This document shows, piece by piece, positions 8,530 through 17,989 of a DNA stretch of 64,000 nt. The stretch is from a bacterium (lineage in GTDB: Bacteria > UBA8248): contig CBDBBI010000010.1 of assembly GCA_965202625.1 (NCBI GenBank), positions 480,001 through 544,000 of the forward strand, in the 5' to 3' direction. The stretch's first letter is position 1. Every line of letters starts with the position of its first letter. The translations under genes were made by a program, and so were the position numbers. The notes under the pieces were generated by a model. That model did not search any database, was not told the origin of the DNA, and was given only the letters and a program-made list of their open reading frames with translations.

Positions 8530-10641
8530 ATGAGTGAAAGAGAGCGTAAGAGGTATATGCTAAGGCGCGCTTCACGTTCGCGCGCTCGCCTCATCGCGTA
8601 TGAAGAGGAGCTGAACCCTGGGCAGCTCGAGGTGGTGATGGCGGGCGACGGCCCGCTTCTCGTCATTGCGGGAGCGGGCAGTGGAAAAACGCGCGTAATC
8701 ACTTATCGCCTCGCGCGCCTTATTGAGGACGGTGTCGCGCCCGAATCTATACTGCTCGTTACCTTCACGAACAAGGCCGCGCGCGAGATGCTCCATCGCG
8801 CCGCGTCTCTCATACAGTCGTCCGCGCGGCGCGTGTGGGGCGGAACGTTCCATCACGTGGGGAATCTCATCTTACGGCGCTACGGTGCGCTCATCGGCTA
8901 TCCGCCGAACTTCACCATACTCGATCGGGAGGATTCCGCAGATCTCGTCACCGACTGTGTCCGCCTCGCCGGGTTTAACCCCAAGGATAAGTACTTTCCC
9001 AGAGGACGCGTTCTGGAGTCGATCTTCGCCCTGGCCACCGATACTGACAGGGGCGTCTCACAGGTGGTTTTAGAACGGTATTCATATCTGGCGAACCGCT
9101 TGGGCGAGATAGAACAAATCGCCGCCCACTACGAGAGGCGTAAAAAAGAGATTCAGGCGGTGGATTTCTCCGGCTTGCTCACCCTCACGCGGGATTTGCT
9201 CGCGGAGCGCGAGGAGGTGAGGCGAGAGATTCAGGCACGTTTTCGCTACATACTCGTGGATGAATACCAGGACACGAACAAGGCGCAAGCCGACGTCGTG
9301 GACCACCTGTCCGGAGGGCGGCGCAACTTGACTGTGGTGGGGGACGACGCGCAGAGCATTTACAGCTTTCGGGGCGCACACTTTGAGAACATCATCACTT
9401 TTCCGGAGAGGTACCCCGACGCCAAGCTTTTTCGTCTAGAGGAAAACTATAGGAGCACGGCGTCCATTCTCGCACTGGCCGACGCTTCCATCGCCCACAA
9501 CAAGCGCCGGTTCGAGAAAAAACTGAAAACCTCCCGCCCCGAGGGAATCACGCCGGCCCTCGTGAGCGCGCGCGACGCGACGCAGCAGGCGGACTTCGTG
9601 GTCGATCGGGTGCTGGCGTTGCGGGAGGACGAAGGGGTGGCGCTCTCTCAAATTGCGGTGCTCTACCGGGCGCATTTCCACTCCATGGAGCTGCAGATGG
9701 AGCTCACGCGCCAAGGAATTCCGTTTGAGATCAGGAGCGGGCTACGCTTTTTTGAGCAGCGCCACATTAAGGACGTGACGGCGTTCCTGCGACTCGTGAG
9801 CTCTCCGGCGGATGAAGTGGCCTGGAAGCGCGCGCTGCGCCTGCTCCCCCGGGTGGGGGAGGCGACGGCGAATCGGGTCTGGGAGGCGGTGCGGGGGCAG
9901 CCGGACCCCTTCTCCTTTCTCATACGCGACGCGGAGGGGCTCGTGTCCGGCGGTGCGCGCGCCGGGTTTGAGGTTTTTAGAAAGCTCGTCTTCGAGATGG
10001 CGGGCGGGGAGAACGCTGCCCGCACGCCGTCGGAGATGATCAACCTCGTTTTGGATCGGTTTTATCAAAATTACGTCGAGAATACGTTTGACGACGCTCT
10101 CTCGCGCGTGGAGGACGTGCGCCAGCTCGCGGATTTCGCCATGCGGTATGAGGCGGCGCCGGCGTTTTTGTCCGAATTGGCGCTCATGGGGACGGCCGCC
10201 GCGACGGGGCCCACGCCGCTGAACGATGGGGAGGGGCTGGAGGAGTCCATCGTCCTGAGCACGGTGCACCAAGCGAAGGGCCTCGAGTGGAAAGTGGTGT
10301 TCCTGCTATGGCTTACTGACACCCGTTTCCCCTCGGCGAGGGCGTTGGCCGACCCCGAGGGGGAGGAGGAGGAGAGGCGTCTGTTCTACGTTGCTCTCAC
10401 GCGGGCCAAGGATGAGCTCTACATGTGCCAGCCCATGATCGAGAGCGAGGGATGGAAGACGGGAACGTTCTCTAGGCTCTCCCGATTCGTGGAGGAGTTG
10501 CCCGGGGAATTATACGAGCGCTGGCTTCTCAATGAGGCGGATGCATCCACGGAGGATGCGGGGGATTCCGTGAGCACCTCCCGGCTCGCGGACCCGGAGG
10601 AGCCTGACGGCCTGCGCTACGAATATGACGGGGCCGATTGA
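8530..10641 (+). CDS. ATP-dependent DNA helicase, UvrD/PcrA family
   Basis: AGAGSGKT, TFTNKAA, VDEYQD, VGDDAQSIYSFRGA, STVHQAKGLEW and EERRLFYVALTRAK motifs. Confidence 0.95.
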   Translation: MSERERKRYMLRRASRSRARLIAYEEELNPGQLEVVMAGDGPLLVIAGAGSGKTRVITYRLARLIEDGVAPESILLVTFTNKAAREMLHRAASLIQSSARRVWGGTFHHVGNLILRRYGALIGYPPNFTILDREDSADLVTDCVRLAGFNPKDKYFPRGRVLESIFALATDTDRGVSQVVLERYSYLANRLGEIEQIAAHYERRKKEIQAVDFSGLLTLTRDLLAEREEVRREIQARFRYILVDEYQDTNKAQADVVDHLSGGRRNLTVVGDDAQSIYSFRGAHFENIITFPERYPDAKLFRLEENYRSTASILALADASIAHNKRRFEKKLKTSRPEGITPALVSARDATQQADFVVDRVLALREDEGVALSQIAVLYRAHFHSMELQMELTRQGIPFEIRSGLRFFEQRHIKDVTAFLRLVSSPADEVAWKRALRLLPRVGEATANRVWEAVRGQPDPFSFLIRDAEGLVSGGARAGFEVFRKLVFEMAGGENAARTPSEMINLVLDRFYQNYVENTFDDALSRVEDVRQLADFAMRYEAAPAFLSELALMGTAAATGPTPLNDGEGLEESIVLSTVHQAKGLEWKVVFLLWLTDTRFPSARALADPEGEEEERRLFYVALTRAKDELYMCQPMIESEGWKTGTFSRLSRFVEELPGELYERWLLNEADASTEDAGDSVSTSRLADPEEPDGLRYEYDGAD

Positions 10642-10800
10642 GCGCTTGGCGACGGGAGCGGCTTCGCGTTATAATTTCCATTACATTTTCAGAAAGAAGT
10701 CCCTTGCCCTTGAAGGCGGAAGGGTTTTTCGTCATGTGCGCCCGTGGGGGCGATTCTCTGATTTCGCTATGGCGTCTTGTATGATGGGGGATAAAGGAGC

Positions 10801-11607
10801 ATGACTGGACAAATGGAATACGGACCGGGGAGTTTCGCGTGGGCCGACCTAGCGGCGCGGGAGCTGGGCGTCGCCAAGGATTTTTACGTCTCCCTGTTTG
10901 ACTGGACGCTTGAGGAGGTGCCCATGGGGTGTGGCGCGGTCTATTCGATATTCCGCAAGGGCGATAAACAGGTCTGCGGCATGTACGAGATGTGTCCCGA
11001 CATGCGCGAAGGCGACCACCCCTCCTACTGGCAGAGTTACGTGGCGGTGGAAAACACGGATGAGACCGCAAAAAAGGCGGCCGAATTAGGTGCGCGCTTG
11101 ATCCAAGAACCGTACGACGTACCGGAGGCGGGCCGCATGGCGGTGATTCGGGATCCGGCAGACGCAATCCTGTCTCTCTGGCAGCTCAAAGAGCACGAGG
11201 AAGTCCCGATGATGAACCAGCCGGGTGCGATTAGCTGGAACGAACTGCTCACAAGGGACTTAGAGCGCGCCGCTTCGTTCTACGCTGCGCTGTTCGGCTG
11301 GACGAGCGTCGTGAAGCCCAGCCCCGCCGGCGGGGATTACACGGTTTTCCAGAGCGGCGAGGAACATCGGGCTGGAATGCTTGAAATTCGGCCTGACATG
11401 GGCGATATGTCGCCGTGTTGGGTGGTATATTTCGGAGTGGAGAATCTCGACGCCGCTCTTGAAAAAGCCAAGAGTCTAGGTGGTAAGGGCACGTTTGACC
11501 CACTGGACATTCCGGACGTGGGGAGAATTGGGGGAATCGCGGATCCGCAAGGGGCGTGTTTCACGGCGATGGAATCGGCTATGGCGTCGGTGGGCTCGTC
11601 TGATTGA
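10801..11607 (+). CDS. VOC/glyoxalase family protein (two domains)
   Basis: Duplicated W.EL...FY..LF.W...DP.GA modules; RBS AAGGAG. Confidence 0.9.
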   Translation: MTGQMEYGPGSFAWADLAARELGVAKDFYVSLFDWTLEEVPMGCGAVYSIFRKGDKQVCGMYEMCPDMREGDHPSYWQSYVAVENTDETAKKAAELGARLIQEPYDVPEAGRMAVIRDPADAILSLWQLKEHEEVPMMNQPGAISWNELLTRDLERAASFYAALFGWTSVVKPSPAGGDYTVFQSGEEHRAGMLEIRPDMGDMSPCWVVYFGVENLDAALEKAKSLGGKGTFDPLDIPDVGRIGGIADPQGACFTAMESAMASVGSSD

Positions 11608-11761
11608 CTCCCGTGGCCACGAGACGCCCACACATCGACCGAGCCGGCGCACATGGTCGCCGATTCGCGAATAAGAGCATGAATACCTCATAAAACGTCA
11701 AACGACAGATCGCGCCTTTGGGCACACCCATCGCTAACCTCACTGGGAGTATGAAAGACGC

Positions 11762-12406
11762 ATGAAATATCAAACCATTGACCCCGCAGAGAACCACTGG
11801 CGGCAGAATTATCGCCTGCTCGTCGGCTCCGTCGTGCCGAGGCCCATCGCTTGGGTGAGCACCATCAGCGCGGACGGCTACGTGAATCTCGCGCCCTTTA
11901 GCTTTTTCACCTGCGTCGGACATGACCCGCCTCTGCTCTCTATATCGGTGGGCGTGCGCGAAAAGGCGTATAAGGATACCGCGCGGAACATCATGGAGAC
12001 CCAGGGCTACGTCATCCACACCGTGGTGGACGGCCTCGAGGAGCAGATGAACGTTTGCGCGGGCGACTACGCCTTCGAGGTGAGCGAGTTTGAGGAGGCG
12101 GGCCTGACGCCGGTCGATTCCGATTTTGTGAAGGCGCCACGCATCGCCGAGGCGCCCGTGGCCATGGAATGCCAATTTCGGCACCTCATCACGAACGGCC
12201 GCGAACACCTCACCAACGTCATCATCGGCGAGGTGGTGTGTTGGCACGTGCGCGAGGACGTGATGATAGAGGATGGAAAATATATCGACCCGGTTTTGCT
12301 CAGGCCTGTGGGTAGGCTCGCCGGGAATGGGTATTGCCGCTCGCGCGAAGTGTTCTACATGCAGCGGCCTGACAGACAACCGGAGCAGCCGAGTCCGAAG
12401 GGTTGA
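11762..12406 (+). CDS. Flavin reductase family protein
   Basis: VVPRPIAWVST, NLAPFSFF, KDTARNI and GRLAGNGY motifs. Confidence 0.92.
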   Translation: MKYQTIDPAENHWRQNYRLLVGSVVPRPIAWVSTISADGYVNLAPFSFFTCVGHDPPLLSISVGVREKAYKDTARNIMETQGYVIHTVVDGLEEQMNVCAGDYAFEVSEFEEAGLTPVDSDFVKAPRIAEAPVAMECQFRHLITNGREHLTNVIIGEVVCWHVREDVMIEDGKYIDPVLLRPVGRLAGNGYCRSREVFYMQRPDRQPEQPSPKG

Positions 12407-12450
12407 GGCCGAGGTGATGTAAGTCCTCTTAAAGTGAAGGAGGAGATGAG

Positions 12451-13521
12451 ATGGGCGATATTCCAGAGATGATGAAGGCCGCTGTCACGCACGGTGCGGA
12501 GGAGGTGCGCATCGAGCACATTCCGGTACCCGCGTATGAGCCGGATCAGGTGTTGGTCAAGGTCGCCGCCTGCGGTGTTTGCGGCACCGACATCCACATC
12601 TACGAGGGGCACATGCGTCCGATGTGGCCGCCCCATTATCCCTTCATCCAGGGGCATGAGTGGGCGGGGGAGGTGGCCGCCATCGGGAGTCGTGCGAGAA
12701 CCACCCTCAAGGTGGGCGATCGCGTGATCATGGAGCCGACGATTGGCTGCGGGGCCTGTCCCACTTGCATCCGGGGCGACTACCATATCTGCGAGAACGC
12801 CTCAAAGCCCGACGGCGGTTATCGCCTCTTGGGCCATACGGCGAACGGCGCTTTCAGTGAATATGGCGTCGCCCCGCCAAACAATCTGCACAAGATGCCC
12901 GAATCCCTGGGCTGGGAGGAGGCGGTCATTGTGAACCAAGTCGTTATCGCCCTGCACGCCATTGAGCGCGCGGGAGTGGAGCCGGCTGACACGGTGGCGA
13001 TTCTTGGCCCTGGCCTTCTGGGGCTTTCGGTGCTACAGCTCGTCAAGATGCTAGGCGCGTCGAAAACCTATCTCACCGGCCGCGGCTATCGCTTGCGAAT
13101 AGCGGAAGAACTCGGCGCGGACGTCGTCATCGACATCACGAAGGAAGATCCAGTCGCCGTCGTCAGGCGTGATACGGGCGGCCGAGGCGTGGATTTGGCG
13201 ATCGAGTGCGCCGGCCCGCCGGAGACGATGCGCCAGGCGGTGGACATGGTCCGGCGCGGCGGGCGCGTAGTGCTGGAGGGGCTCAACGGCGGCCAGGAGG
13301 TAGCGTTCAACAGCGACCGCATTGTCCTTGATGAGATCGCGATATTTGGCGGGCGCGGGTCGCCCAACTGCTACCCGAGAGCCATTCAGATGATGGCGGA
13401 CGGCCGCATTGACACGAAGAAAATGCTCACGCACACGTTCGCGCTCGATGATTTCGCCGAGGCGATACGCATGTTCAAGGCGAGGGAAGATGGCGTCATG
13501 CGCGCGATGATCACGCCCTAG
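12451..13521 (+). CDS. Zinc-dependent alcohol/polyol dehydrogenase (MDR family)
   Basis: CGTD, GHEWAG, CGACPTC...C and GPGLLG motifs. Confidence 0.92.
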   Translation: MGDIPEMMKAAVTHGAEEVRIEHIPVPAYEPDQVLVKVAACGVCGTDIHIYEGHMRPMWPPHYPFIQGHEWAGEVAAIGSRARTTLKVGDRVIMEPTIGCGACPTCIRGDYHICENASKPDGGYRLLGHTANGAFSEYGVAPPNNLHKMPESLGWEEAVIVNQVVIALHAIERAGVEPADTVAILGPGLLGLSVLQLVKMLGASKTYLTGRGYRLRIAEELGADVVIDITKEDPVAVVRRDTGGRGVDLAIECAGPPETMRQAVDMVRRGGRVVLEGLNGGQEVAFNSDRIVLDEIAIFGGRGSPNCYPRAIQMMADGRIDTKKMLTHTFALDDFAEAIRMFKAREDGVMRAMITP

Positions 13522-13594
13522 ATTTGACGGGCGTCAACTTGCTACGCCGGCCCGCCCGATCTCTGGTTTTTGCGCTCAGGAGAAGAGAAACCCG

Positions 13595-14560
13595 ATGCCC
13601 GCGAAACTTCTGCCACTACTGTCGTGGGCAGCTACACGCAGCCCGACTGGCTCATCAATCGAGACAACTTGACGAAACGTCTCCCCCTGCGCGTGGGCGC
13701 GCGGGAGATTTGGCGCGTGCCGCCGAAGTTTCTCGAGAGTGCGTAGGACGACGCGACCCTCCTTGCGATTCGCGACATGGAGCGTGCGGGAATCGACATC
13801 ATCACGGACGGCGAGGTGCGCCGTGAGAGCTATTCCAACCGCGTGGCCACGGCTCTCGGCGGCATCGACACCAAGCGCCACGGCTTCGTCAAGGACCGAT
13901 CAGGCAGGGACAACCCTGTCCCCCGGGTGGTCGGGAAAATCCACCGCAAAAACCCTATAGAGGCGCGCGATGTCGCGTTTTTGCGCGCCAACACGGAGCG
14001 GGAGATCAAGATCACGCTGCCGGGTCCCTTCACCATGACGCAACAGGCCCAGGATGATTTCTACCATGATGAGCGGGCGATGGCGCTCGATTACGCCCGC
14101 GCGGTGAACGAGGAGATGAAGGACTCTTCAGCGCCGGGGCCGACGTGGTGCAGCTCGACGAGCCCTCTATATGCAGGCGCGCGCTGAGAAGGCGCGAGAA
14201 TTTGCCGTGGAAGTCCTCAACGCGGCCCTGGACGGCGTCGAGGAGATGACCGCCCTTCACATGTGCTTTTGGCTACGCAGCCATCGAAGCTTGGCAGGGA
14301 CTGGGAAAGCCCGACGCCTACTCCTTCCTGCCGGAGTTGAACGAGAGCGCGATCGATCAGATATCCATCGAGGCGGCCCAGCCCGGAATCGATCTCGCCA
14401 TCCTCAAGAAACTTCCGGAGAAGACCACCATATTGGGCGTCATCGACAACGGCGACCCGAAAGTCGAGTCGCCACAGGTCGTCGCGGCGCGAATTCGGGA
14501 GGTGCTCACGCACGTATCGCCCGAGCGACTCATCCCCGCTCCCGACTGCGGAATGAAATA
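13595..14560 (+). pseudogene. Cobalamin-independent methionine synthase II-like gene, 5' part (disrupted)
   Basis: TVVGSY.QPDWLI, ITDGEVRRESY, KITLPGPFT, LHMCF and PAPDCGMK motifs. Several frameshifts, in-frame TAG at 13744, and cut by the IS insertion at CGMKY. Confidence 0.85.
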
Positions 14561-14582
14561 TGGAATTTCCTAGTTTAAGGTC
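14561..14582 (+). repeat. Terminal inverted repeat (transposase-distal end)
   Basis: TGGAATTTCCTAGTTTAAGGTC. Confidence 0.95.
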
Positions 14583-14602
14583 GTTTTCTTTTCTTTTTTC
14601 TC

Positions 14603-14631
14603 TTGTATTGCTGAACATACTCTACTACACT
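14603..14631 (+). promoter_or_regulatory. Sigma70-type promoter just inside the TIR
   Basis: TTGTAT-17 bp-TACACT. The predicted +1 near A14639 coincides with the 5' base of a long stem. Confidence 0.6.
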
Positions 14632-14638
14632 CCTTGCC

Positions 14639-14792
14639 ATCGCCAAACTGTTCATGAGGGGACCTGTTTTGTCGGGTCGCCCATGGAATAGAAAACCGTT
14701 CACCTACTGATCGGAAATACATGGGAACCCACCATAACCTCGTGGATTGTTTGGCGACCGACCCGGCCTCATAGGGAGGCTGGGACTTTTTT
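14639..14792 (+). ncRNA. Unclassified structured RNA / leader attenuator (~150 nt)
   Basis: 14640-14659 pairs with 14738-14757 (19 of 20 positions, 3 G-U), enclosing two further helices. Bounded by a promoter and an intrinsic terminator. Confidence 0.6.
14762..14792 (+). terminator. Intrinsic terminator upstream of the OMP gene
   Basis: CCCGGCCTC-ATAGG-GAGGCTGGG-AC-TTTTTT. Confidence 0.7.
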
Positions 14793-14815
14793 GGGTAAGG
14801 AAAGGGGTCGCAACA

Positions 14816-15496
14816 ATGAAGCGAGGGATATTTCTGTGTGCAGTAGCTGTTCTGGGTATGGCCTTGTCCATTCCGCTCATCGCAAAAGCGGAAGAGGCGG
14901 GGAAATGGTATTTTACGCCCAGTGCAGGGTTGTTGTCGCCAAGGGACACGGATGTGGAGAGCATCGCCGGTATCAACCTGGATGATACCATCCTCAGTGG
15001 AACGGCAGAAACCGACAACGGGCTGTTTCTGAGCGCGGCAGTTGGCCGTTCTTTCGGTCGTCTGAGGGGAGAGATTGAGGCTTTTCACGGAAGATTTGAT
15101 TTCACCGAAAAAGCGGAACTGAGTGAAGCGGTTACGATTGGCGGCGTCCAGTTTGCTCCTGGAGAATATGAACTGGGAGATGGGAACGTCAAAATTACGG
15201 GGCTGATGGTGAACGCATGGGTGGACCTGGGCGCGAGCGACTGGAGCATCAACCCTTACCTGGGAGGAGGAGTTGGACTGACGCGCATCAAGGCGCCAGC
15301 TGGTTCCGACAGCGGATTCTCCTGGCAGATCGGTGGGGGTGCGCTCTTTCCCGTAAGCGAGAATGTTTCCATTGATGCCAAATATCGGTTCATGAGCACT
15401 GCCTATGAACCTGAATTTGAAGGTCTCTTTGGCGATGTCGAGTATGAGAAACTCCAGTCTCACGCATTCACGCTGGGTCTTAAGTTCACGTTCTAG
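14816..15496 (+). CDS. Outer-membrane beta-barrel protein (OmpA-TM/Opa-like, small barrel), IS passenger
   Basis: Signal peptide MKRGIFLC...AKA; LMVNAWVDL, PYLGGGVG and FSWQIGGG motifs; C-terminal LGLKFTF beta-signal. Confidence 0.9.
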   Translation: MKRGIFLCAVAVLGMALSIPLIAKAEEAGKWYFTPSAGLLSPRDTDVESIAGINLDDTILSGTAETDNGLFLSAAVGRSFGRLRGEIEAFHGRFDFTEKAELSEAVTIGGVQFAPGEYELGDGNVKITGLMVNAWVDLGASDWSINPYLGGGVGLTRIKAPAGSDSGFSWQIGGGALFPVSENVSIDAKYRFMSTAYEPEFEGLFGDVEYEKLQSHAFTLGLKFTF

Positions 15497-15512
15497 TCCT
15501 GGTTTTTCCAAG

Positions 15513-15550
15513 GCCGGCCCCTGCTGACGTAGGGGTCGGCTCTTTTCTTT
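15513..15550 (+). terminator. Intrinsic terminator between the convergent OMP and P63C genes
   Basis: GCCGGCCCCTGC-TGAC-GTAGGGGTCGGC-TCTTTTCTTT. Confidence 0.8.
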
Positions 15551-16446
15551 CAATCTTCTATGCCCAGAAGCATTTGCTCTTTCTCCTTCGGAAACGCCCG
15601 CGTAAGTCTTCCCTTGAAATCATTCCAATTCGGAGATGAGCGCATGAGCGCAATCACCGCCGCGAGGTGCTCCTTGAGTTTCGGGTGCCCAAGACTGGGC
15701 GTGAACCATTGATGGTGCTTGTGTTTTCTGTGTCCTTCGGGAGCGACAGGGTTTCTCTGTTGCAATTCTTTCAGCACGCCCGGAGCGATGCGCGCATACA
15801 CGATATCGTTGGTATAACGTCCTATGACGCTTGGGCGACTCACGCCGTCCGGGCCTGACCATTTCTTGAGCCTGAATATCTGTTCGTAAAATTCATACGG
15901 AAACGTTTTTGTCCAGGGCTGTAATTCCTTGGCTATGAATTTTTCGAGAATCACACTGAGCGCACGTTCCTCGCGTATGCGCTGATAGCCTGTCGCCTCA
16001 TCGACTAGAGCGATGATGCCTACGGCGGCAAGGGCGCGAACGAGCAGATCGCATCTCTCCGCTATGTGGGCTTGTTGCTTTGTGAGAACCTTTGCATCAC
16101 GCGCGGCCAAGACCACATTGCATACGTCAACAAGCAAAGTGGCCGGATACGCATAGGCCGTTCTTCCACCATCTGGCGGCTGAAATTCAATAGTAGAAAT
16201 GAGGCGCGCGGTTAAGTCATTGATATTGATACCTTTTTTCTCTAAATTGCCTACAAATTCGGCCATTCGGGGCGCGCCAGTTTTTTTCGCGCCCCCAGCA
16301 CTCAACCCAACGCTTGATTGAAACCCCCTCTGACTCAAGACGCGCGTCTCATCTTCCAGCACGTAGCAGGGAATCTCCACCTCTCCGATGACGAGGGGAT
16401 TGTAGGGCGTGCCCGCAATGACTTTCAAAGGCTGTTGTTTGTTCAT
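15550..16446 (-). CDS. P63C domain-containing protein, IS passenger
   Basis: IPCYVLED..RVLSQ, GIIALVDEATGYQ, PWTKTFP.EFYEQIFRL, YTNDIVYARIAPGVL and KHHQWFT, typical of phage Mx8 p63C-domain proteins. ATG overlaps the transposase stop. Confidence 0.85.
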   Translation of the reverse strand: MNKQQPLKVIAGTPYNPLVIGEVEIPCYVLEDETRVLSQRGFQSSVGLSAGGAKKTGAPRMAEFVGNLEKKGININDLTARLISTIEFQPPDGGRTAYAYPATLLVDVCNVVLAARDAKVLTKQQAHIAERCDLLVRALAAVGIIALVDEATGYQRIREERALSVILEKFIAKELQPWTKTFPYEFYEQIFRLKKWSGPDGVSRPSVIGRYTNDIVYARIAPGVLKELQQRNPVAPEGHRKHKHHQWFTPSLGHPKLKEHLAAVIALMRSSPNWNDFKGRLTRAFPKEKEQMLLGIED

Positions 16447-17312
16447 GCGCCCAGTCCTCTGCTGATGGTGAGGTCAAAAGCAAACGTCGGTTTCGCGTCG
16501 CGCAGGTTGTAGCGATAGCAGAACTCATCCACGTAGCGTTGCAGGTGCTTGCGGCTCACGCTGTGGAAGGAACCGAACATCCCCCGCTTCAGGAGCGCCC
16601 AGAAACCCTCTATGGTGTTCGTGTGCACGTCGCCGTCCACATACCATTTCTCATGCTTGATGACGCGATGCGGGAGCACCTTCTCCATGCCCCGATAGCC
16701 CATGTATTCATCCGTGATGAGCTCCGATTCGTGCGTCTTGATGCGTTCCCGGACAAACGCCCGCATATGCCGCGCCTTCATGCTTTCCTTCTTCACGGCC
16801 TTGGCAGAAACCTTTCCTCCGCGCTCGACGGCCCCCACCACCGGGGCCTTGTCGGTTCCCCTTCCGCGTTTCCTCGGAGGCTCGCCCTTGCCTTTGCGCG
16901 GCTTTCCGCCGATGTATGTTTCATCCATCTCAATGACGCCTTTCAGGAGATCGCGCCCCTCGGCTTGCGCCATTGCCTTGCGAATCTGCATGGCTATACG
17001 CCACGCCGTGTTCTTGTTCACTTTCAGATCGCGCGACAGCTGAAGGGCGGACAATCCCTTCTTGGCGTTCAGAATGAGGTTGATGGCCAGAAACCATTTC
17101 TGAAGGGGAAGGTGGGTATGATGAAAAATCGTGCCCACCGTCACGCTAAAAGACGTGATGCAATCGTAACATCTCCACCTGTGCTGGCTTCGCGCGACCT
17201 TGACGGAACCGCAATAGGGACAGCACGGCAGGTCGCCCCACCGCGCCTCCTCCAGATGCGCAATACACGATTCCTGGGTGGGAAACCTCTCGAAAATCTC
17301 TATAATGTCCAT
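16443..17312 (-). CDS. IS1595-family transposase
   Basis: Zn ribbon CPYCGS...CYDC; GTIFH; HTH; EMDETYIGG; ITDEY; HTNTIEGFW; YVDEFCYRYN. Confidence 0.95.
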   Translation of the reverse strand: MDIIEIFERFPTQESCIAHLEEARWGDLPCCPYCGSVKVARSQHRWRCYDCITSFSVTVGTIFHHTHLPLQKWFLAINLILNAKKGLSALQLSRDLKVNKNTAWRIAMQIRKAMAQAEGRDLLKGVIEMDETYIGGKPRKGKGEPPRKRGRGTDKAPVVGAVERGGKVSAKAVKKESMKARHMRAFVRERIKTHESELITDEYMGYRGMEKVLPHRVIKHEKWYVDGDVHTNTIEGFWALLKRGMFGSFHSVSRKHLQRYVDEFCYRYNLRDAKPTFAFDLTISRGLGA

Positions 17313-17387
17313 GACGTTTCCTCAGTCGGGGTAGAGTTTATCCTGAAAACACAAGAGAATCATACCCTGACCAACGGAGAACATCAA

Positions 17388-17409
17388 GACCTTAAACTAG
17401 GAAATTCCG
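17388..17409 (-). repeat. Terminal inverted repeat (transposase-proximal end)
   Basis: Reverse complement CGGAATTTCCTAGTTTAAGGTC fits the CGGnnTT end of the ISNha5 group. Confidence 0.95.
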
Positions 17410-17486
17410 ATGAAATATATGAACAGGGAAACCGCTTTCGGTAAACTCAAGTCCCTGCCATCGTGCGCCGAGAGCTCGGTAGGTAG
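17410..17486 (+). pseudogene. 3' remnant of the methionine synthase II-like gene
   Basis: MKYMNRETAFGKLKSL...AIVRRELGR* continues the CGMKY motif. Confidence 0.8.
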
Positions 17487-17989
17487 CGCTTCTCCCTGCG
17501 CTGTCATGACGGGGCTGCTTGAAGAGGCTGCTTGAAGAGGCTGTAGCCAAACAAAAATAATTGCGAATTGCCTGGAGAAACAGCGGATTTTCCGAGGTGA
17601 AACGACTTGGAAAAAGATCGTGAAGGGGAACTGAAAAAGTCGCTCAAAGCAGGTCGCCGAGCGTGATGGCGGCGAGGGTGCCCGCGTCTGCCGCACTCTT
17701 GACGTCGGGATGCGTGGAGGCATCGCGTAGCCGCTCATCAATTTTATACGTGCGCGAAAAGGGAATTGACGATAGGCGGCGTCCCCATAGAAAATAACGC
17801 GGCGACCTTCTGCGCGCGCAGGGAGCGTTTTGGTGAGGCGATGGCTCCGTCCGCGCTAATGAACGGCTGATACCGTTATTTTATGACAGATTTGGGAAAT
17901 TTTATTGTACGGGCAAAAAAAGGTAATCTAGTCTATAAATTAAGATTTCTGCTCTCTTTGTTTGCGATTTGCGCCCGTGAGGAAACCGC

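Larger units (their letters stand above)
14561..17409 (-). mobile_element. IS1595-family transporter IS (ISNha5-like ends) with passenger genes
   Basis: 22-bp TIRs with 1 mismatch; 8-bp TSD ATGAAATA at 14553-14560 and 17410-17417; intact transposase; the host gene continues in register on both sides. Confidence 0.95.

Noticed and set aside
14639-14757. 6S RNA or SRP RNA identity for the structured RNA
   Set aside because: Too short for 6S and lacks the SRP domain IV GGAA/AGCAG motif; left unclassified.
14570-15553. 327-aa minus-strand ORF
   Set aside because: Antisense shadow of the OMP gene with no motifs.
16539-17444. 301-aa plus-strand ORF
   Set aside because: Antisense shadow of the transposase.
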